From an uncultured virus (IMG/VR IMGVR_UViG_3300024432_002033) (lineage: Duplodnaviria > Heunggongvirae > Uroviricota > Caudoviricetes): DNA of 64,000 nt. Positions 59,286 through 64,000 of the stretch are shown one piece after another; the first letter of the stretch is position 1; each line of letters starts with the position of its first letter. The DNA is taken from the IMG/VR virus record IMGVR_UViG_3300024432_002033. One strand, written 5' to 3'. Position numbers and translations under genes: made by a program. Below the pieces are notes generated by a model that worked only from the letters and a program-made list of their open reading frames with translations, searched no databases and was not told the DNA's origin.

Positions 59286-59609
59286 CTATCCAAGGATATT
59301 TTTCAGCAGGTATTCCACGAGCAGAAGCGCGATGGGTCCAGATATGCCGGCAATTGCGGCGACGTAGGCGATCAATCTCTTGGTACTCAGCTGGTTGGAG
59401 GCGGCTATCACCTCTTGCTTCTCCTTGAGAGATTTCTCGATGGAGGCGAGGGCTGAGCTCATCTTGGATATGTCTCTTTGTATACCTCCACGTCCGTCCT
59501 CCCCGTAGAGGGCAAGCCCGTGCCTCGCCAGTTCATCGAAGATCCGACCAGAGGTGGCGGCGCATTCGGCTCTGGTCACGTAGTTGTCACCGTTATCCTT
59601 GTTCGACAT
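59286..59609 (-). CDS. coiled-coil protein with C-terminal TM helix (lysis-like)
   Basis: hydrophobic C-terminus. Confidence 0.6.
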   Translation of the reverse strand: MSNKDNGDNYVTRAECAATSGRIFDELARHGLALYGEDGRGGIQRDISKMSSALASIEKSLKEKQEVIAASNQLSTKRLIAYVAAIAGISGPIALLLVEYLLKNILG

Positions 59610-59618
59610 CTGAATACC

Positions 59619-59933
59619 TCATTCCGTTGGCGGCAAATCCCGGTGTCGAATGTTATCGATCGGCCTGTTCATTATGTGATTCAGCATGAAGCCCAGGGCA
59701 AGACTGGATGCGAAGACATAGCCTTGGGATCCGGTGGGCATATTCTGATAGAGGGAGGGAAGGGATACGAGACCCACAATGATGGAGATTGCAATAGAAG
59801 CTATCATCGTCAGGAGGTAGCGCCTATCGAATACATCGGGATTATCCCTTATAGTCCAGAAGAAATCATAGAGAGTCCTTGCGACAGGACCGCAGAGAAA
59901 ACCGATGATCGCGATCGTTTCCGTCGATAGCAT
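59619..59933 (-). CDS. small 3-TM membrane protein (holin-like)
   Basis: three hydrophobic segments; degenerate operator B and TATA at 59955-59983. Confidence 0.6.
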   Translation of the reverse strand: MLSTETIAIIGFLCGPVARTLYDFFWTIRDNPDVFDRRYLLTMIASIAISIIVGLVSLPSLYQNMPTGSQGYVFASSLALGFMLNHIMNRPIDNIRHRDLPPTE

Positions 59934-60062
59934 GTACTATCATTCACACAAAGAATTTAAAAAGGATTCCACTCAGATTAACCAATGGAGGACCTTTGAC
60001 CTAAATAACGGCGTCCCTGAACCTATCCGAATTCTTTTTAAGGCAACACATACAATTTCTGT

Positions 60063-60320
60063 ATGGTTTTATGTATGGTAGATCTCCACGTTGAGATGAC
60101 CGTTGAGGAGAGGGAGCTCCTTAGGAAGTGGAAGGGGAGAAAAAAATGGAAGGAATGGTTGCTCTCCATCCCGCGACTGCTCAGGGAAGCCGCCGACGCG
60201 AGGGAGATTGCGGAATTAAAGCTGGAAAAAGCGATGAGAGATATCAAGGAGTTGGAGGAGCGGTGCCAACATCTTCAAAAGGAGCTGGGGAAATATGAGC
60301 GAGATTCGACTCCCATTTAG
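60063..60320 (+). CDS. RHH-like plus coiled-coil protein
   Basis: LHVEMTVEERELL...; heptads. Confidence 0.55.
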   Translation: MVLCMVDLHVEMTVEERELLRKWKGRKKWKEWLLSIPRLLREAADAREIAELKLEKAMRDIKELEERCQHLQKELGKYERDSTPI

Positions 60321-61296
60321 CGCGCTCATACCCTTTTTCCCTCCGATGCGGCTCACGAGAGACGCGGACGAAGATCGGGACTTTCAGGAATCACTGCGGG
60401 AACATGGAATTCGCCGACCACTACTCGTCCGCCCGCATCCCATTCACGAGGGGAAATTCGAGGTCGTGGACGGCAATCGGCGTCTGGCACACGGCCAGGT
60501 AGTTGGACTTGAGGATGCTTCCTGCGAGGTCAGGGAGATGAGCGACGAAGAGGCGTTCACGGTCGCCCTGGTCTTAAACGTGCAGAGATCGAATGTGCCA
60601 AGCATCGGAATCGGAAACTGGTTACAGCTGATGCAGATGAAGTTCGGTTATTCTCAGGAGAAGTTAGCTGAGAAGGTGGGCAAGAGTCAGTCCTGGGTCT
60701 CCAGACACCTGAAGCTCGTGAAATCGGAGATTGAGGAAACGAACTCTTATGAGAAAAGGGGTGATATTCCTGGAGAAATTATGTCCCGGGGCATAATCTT
60801 TGAGAGCGAGAGACAAATGCGCGCCCTCAGATCAGCCCCGGAAGATGTCAGACGGAGCATCCTGGAGGGAGCCAGTGAGACGGGCGAGCTTCCATCAGGT
60901 CGCGAAATCGAGCGGAGGGCAACGGCTGAGATGTCCGCGGGTGAAGTCCTTGAGATATATTCTCCGAATCGTTATGACGAAGAATTCGTCGAGCATCAAC
61001 TTCAGAAATTGTCCGGCGTCACTCTGACGGAGGCGAAGGAAATTCTTTGGAATTTTGGAAATCGGCGCATCAAGCCACGAGGGAAGAGAGACACCGTGGA
61101 TAGGAATGACGCGGCTGTACGCGTATTTCAGCAGCTTACTCGCTATTATCCCACGAACCTGATAGATATCGTCGGGAAGCATACGAGAAGCACAAACTTG
61201 GAAACCTTGATCAGGTACTGCAGGATGTTGACGCAGCGGATGTTTGAGATTGCACCCGAAGATTTGAAACAATCTGCCTTGCAGGACTTCATCTGA
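60295..61296 (+). CDS. ParB/Spo0J-family protein
   Basis: GIRRPLLVR, VVDGNRR, NVQR, SQEKLAEKVGKSQSWVS HTH. Confidence 0.9.
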   Translation: MSEIRLPFSALIPFFPPMRLTRDADEDRDFQESLREHGIRRPLLVRPHPIHEGKFEVVDGNRRLAHGQVVGLEDASCEVREMSDEEAFTVALVLNVQRSNVPSIGIGNWLQLMQMKFGYSQEKLAEKVGKSQSWVSRHLKLVKSEIEETNSYEKRGDIPGEIMSRGIIFESERQMRALRSAPEDVRRSILEGASETGELPSGREIERRATAEMSAGEVLEIYSPNRYDEEFVEHQLQKLSGVTLTEAKEILWNFGNRRIKPRGKRDTVDRNDAAVRVFQQLTRYYPTNLIDIVGKHTRSTNLETLIRYCRMLTQRMFEIAPEDLKQSALQDFI

Positions 61297-61456
61297 GATG
61301 GAAAAACGATCAGTATTTCATTCATGAAGCATTCTTTCCTCATGGAGGGAGGAAGATCCCAAAGAAATGGAAAGAGACGGCATGCCCGCTATTTCTTGTG
61401 GCGTTGATAATGTGCGGAGGGGAGATTAAGGTCCTCTTGGAGGAGAGAGAGGCGCT

Positions 61457-61714
61457 ATGTATCGGCCCCGAATGCCAGATGTACTCTTCCGGAACCAGAT
61501 CGTGTGGATTGAGATTCAGATGAGTGGGATTGAAGCGGGAGGAACGATCAACGAGGACAATATGAAACGGATAAGGAGCCTCGCTGATACAAGACCGGAG
61601 ATAATCCTATTCATTCTTGAGGATCTCATGTCACACCTCCTGAATGAGGAGGAGAAAGGACAAATAATTCGGGGAGCACTCATTCGATGGAGAGAGGCGG
61701 GGAAGGAAACATAA
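61457..61714 (+). CDS. hypothetical protein
   Basis: operon-packed ORF. Confidence 0.5.
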   Translation: MYRPRMPDVLFRNQIVWIEIQMSGIEAGGTINEDNMKRIRSLADTRPEIILFILEDLMSHLLNEEEKGQIIRGALIRWREAGKET

Positions 61715-62208
61715 GCATCGAGGCCAGACTCAGGGAAGCTCAGGAGCTTGCCGCGAAACCCATCGACCTCAGCGAACCCGAGAAGGAGAGATTGACCCAG
61801 ATAATCGAGCTGATGAAGGACAGCTTAGATAAAGTGCTTGAGGATGCGTTGTCGAAACCCAGAGACGAGGCCTTCAAGACCGTCAATGGATATCTAATTG
61901 CGATGCAAGAAGGCGGGAAGGTCGGAGGGGAGGCCAAATCGGAGATGAAACCGCCGGCCAAACCTATCATCCATCCTAAACTCGAGGACATATTCGCTGT
62001 TCTACCCGAGAATATATGCGCAGGGGCTCGTAAACGTCTCAGCTGCGTGAAGAGCTACATGAGGCTGGAGAAGGAGGGCGAGGATGGGAGCCAAGTTCTC
62101 TGCCTTGATTGCAGTCCGGAAAAAATGATCATCTGCCTCCGCGTTGAGGATCCGACGATAGTCGATGAGCTGGATGATGAGCTCAGGAAGGCCGGTGTGA
62201 TACGGTAA
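61687..62208 (+). CDS. hypothetical protein
   Basis: operon-packed ORF with C-terminal Cys residues. Confidence 0.55.
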   Translation: MERGGEGNISIEARLREAQELAAKPIDLSEPEKERLTQIIELMKDSLDKVLEDALSKPRDEAFKTVNGYLIAMQEGGKVGGEAKSEMKPPAKPIIHPKLEDIFAVLPENICAGARKRLSCVKSYMRLEKEGEDGSQVLCLDCSPEKMIICLRVEDPTIVDELDDELRKAGVIR

Positions 62209-62225
62209 CAGAGGAGCCCAACCTC

Positions 62226-62684
62226 TTGGGCTTAGCGATTAAACAGCTGCTCCAAGGGGGCGTGAAATACGAGCGTGAGATGAGGCCTCGCAGGACGGTG
62301 CATGGAATTATGATGAGACAGCACCTTCAGCCCTTCATACTCATAACGAAAACGGGCGAATTCGGAAGTTCAGCTGAAACCGATTTTGCGAGGGCACATC
62401 GCTTTCTGGTCGAAACAAGTCTCACGCATGAGCAGCCTATCGTCCTCGCCTATAAACGGAATACGCGAATCAAATTTTATGCCCTCGATCCATGGAATAT
62501 CAAGAAGGAATCCAGCTTAGTCCGAATCGAAGATTACATTATGATGCGCTTCCCGCTGAAATTGGGCTGGAGATGGTATCCTTCGAGAGACCTTGCGGTT
62601 CTCTGGACAAGAATGAAGGCGTCTAGATATAGCAAAACGAAACTCGAATATTTTCATACATTCAGTCAATGTACTGAGGTCTGA
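62226..62684 (+). CDS. hypothetical protein
   Basis: GAGGAG SD, 152 aa. Confidence 0.55.
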   Translation: MGLAIKQLLQGGVKYEREMRPRRTVHGIMMRQHLQPFILITKTGEFGSSAETDFARAHRFLVETSLTHEQPIVLAYKRNTRIKFYALDPWNIKKESSLVRIEDYIMMRFPLKLGWRWYPSRDLAVLWTRMKASRYSKTKLEYFHTFSQCTEV

Positions 62685-63195
62685 TGGCATATAGAATTCT
62701 GAGATCCGGTTTCCCCCCTGAGCGATCCTCGATGATGGTGTACTTGTTTGCACGGCACTTCTTTTTCATGATCCTGTAAAGCTGGATTGAATGCGTCTCT
62801 ATGAGATATTCGGGAATCCGTGAAAATATCTCATTGGGAATTTGGAAGAGAAAGGCCTCGCAACCCTCGCAATCTATTTGCATTAGATCAGGCGACCACC
62901 GTTTTATGAGATCTATAAAGTCGTCCGGATGTCGTATTGGGAGGAAGATGGGAATCATATCTGGCAGGAGTTTCGCATTTTCTTTGAGTTTTTCGTAAAA
63001 GACGGGATCCCCTTCGATCGCGATAACTCCCTTCGCGCCTTTTTGGAGGAAATAATCGGCAGTACGGCCCCAATCCGCGCCCACATCCATTACCTTCTTG
63101 CCTTCGTAATCGACGAAGCCGTATTCAGCCTCCCAGGAATCGAGGGGCACGAAAGCCCAGCCCAATGGTCGGAGGTGATTAATCCTATACTTCAC
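62662..63195 (-). CDS. FkbM-like SAM methyltransferase
   Basis: VMDVGADWG, IAIEG, QIDCEGCE, IETH. Confidence 0.85.
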   Translation of the reverse strand: MKYRINHLRPLGWAFVPLDSWEAEYGFVDYEGKKVMDVGADWGRTADYFLQKGAKGVIAIEGDPVFYEKLKENAKLLPDMIPIFLPIRHPDDFIDLIKRWSPDLMQIDCEGCEAFLFQIPNEIFSRIPEYLIETHSIQLYRIMKKKCRANKYTIIEDRSGGKPDLRILYAIRPQYID

Positions 63196-63212
63196 GCCCA
63201 GACCCTCAGCTT

Positions 63213-63860
63213 CTAAATCGGGCTTGCCTTTATGAAGGTCATTAAAAGTCTCCTTCCCTCCACAATGAAGCGCCTCCACTGTTTCGTGATATGTGGTTTA
63301 ACGGGAGAGGGAAGGATTTCGCAGCATAACTCGGCTTCTTCTACTTTGAAGAAGGGATCGAGCATTTCGAATGCTTCATCATGAGTCCATCTGCTGAGAA
63401 CGTTTGCATTGTCTCTGTAAGCGCTGGCGATAAACATCACTAGTAGTACTCCATTTGGCTTTAGGACGCGCTTGAATTCAGCTAGGGCTGATCTGTGATT
63501 GGATAAGTAGTATAGAAGCCAGTAAGCGATTATACAGTCCTCGCTATCAGTCGGGATCTGCGGCATATTCTGCACATCGGCGATTATGACATCCCTCCGC
63601 TTTCCAGGCCATTGTTCTGGAGTTTTCAAGTCTAATAGCCGATATCTGCTACAGTTCGAGAAAAAGCGCCAATAGCCATATAGATCATTATTACTCCCAC
63701 AATTTAAGACGCTGCCTGTGATATCCTCCCCATGTCTATATAGGAACTCCATTGAGGTCTCCCTGTGTCCAATATCGGGATGCCTTCGATGAAGTAATCC
63801 CTCGGTCCATTTCTGCGAAAATTCTTCATCCAGAAGTCGGACCTTGAAGGGGATCATCAA
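63213..63860 (-). CDS. class I SAM methyltransferase
   Basis: VLNCGS, ADVQNMP, EFKRVLKPNG. Confidence 0.85.
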   Translation of the reverse strand: MMIPFKVRLLDEEFSQKWTEGLLHRRHPDIGHRETSMEFLYRHGEDITGSVLNCGSNNDLYGYWRFFSNCSRYRLLDLKTPEQWPGKRRDVIIADVQNMPQIPTDSEDCIIAYWLLYYLSNHRSALAEFKRVLKPNGVLLVMFIASAYRDNANVLSRWTHDEAFEMLDPFFKVEEAELCCEILPSPVKPHITKQWRRFIVEGRRLLMTFIKASPI

Positions 63861-64000
63861 GAAAATGTAGCAAGCCTCACGGATATAAAAATTTCCGCGC
63901 CGTACTGTGGCGCTCGCGTCGCTCGTGCGCGCGGTTTAAGTGAGAGCCATTGATATTATATTGAACGCCATGAAGGTAGCTAAACTTGCGGCTCCCGGGA

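Overview
Most of the genome of an archaeal head-tailed virus or provirus (Caudoviricetes-like). Archaeal origin is inferred from TATA-type promoters, wHTH/RHH regulators and a BHB intron; a TACK/Bathyarchaeia-like host is plausible but unproven. A minus-strand morphogenesis module runs terminase (58.4 kb), portal, 2109-aa ligase/phosphoesterase/prohead-protease/MBL polyprotein, scaffold, cement, major capsid, then about 21 kb of accessory genes (repeat-bearing adhesins, glycosylation island, LAGLIDADG endonuclease), head-tail adaptors, tail terminator, tube, frameshifted chaperone, tape measure and hub (11.3 kb). The flanks carry small regulators, ParB, methyltransferases, a radical SAM gene and an IS200/IS605-type tnpB element. 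Top finding: the DNA methyltransferase gene is split right after its catalytic SPPY motif by a 43-nt insert that folds into a bulge-helix-bulge, and canonical tRNA-splicing-endonuclease cuts would restore SPPY-WGLRDYG exactly. Also notable: two families of palindromic promoter elements, a TnpB guide nearly matching the neighbouring gene, and a shared 'ELLGKF' repeat in at least 10 virion proteins. No integrase, polymerase or helicase was recognised. All calls are by eye; no searches were run.
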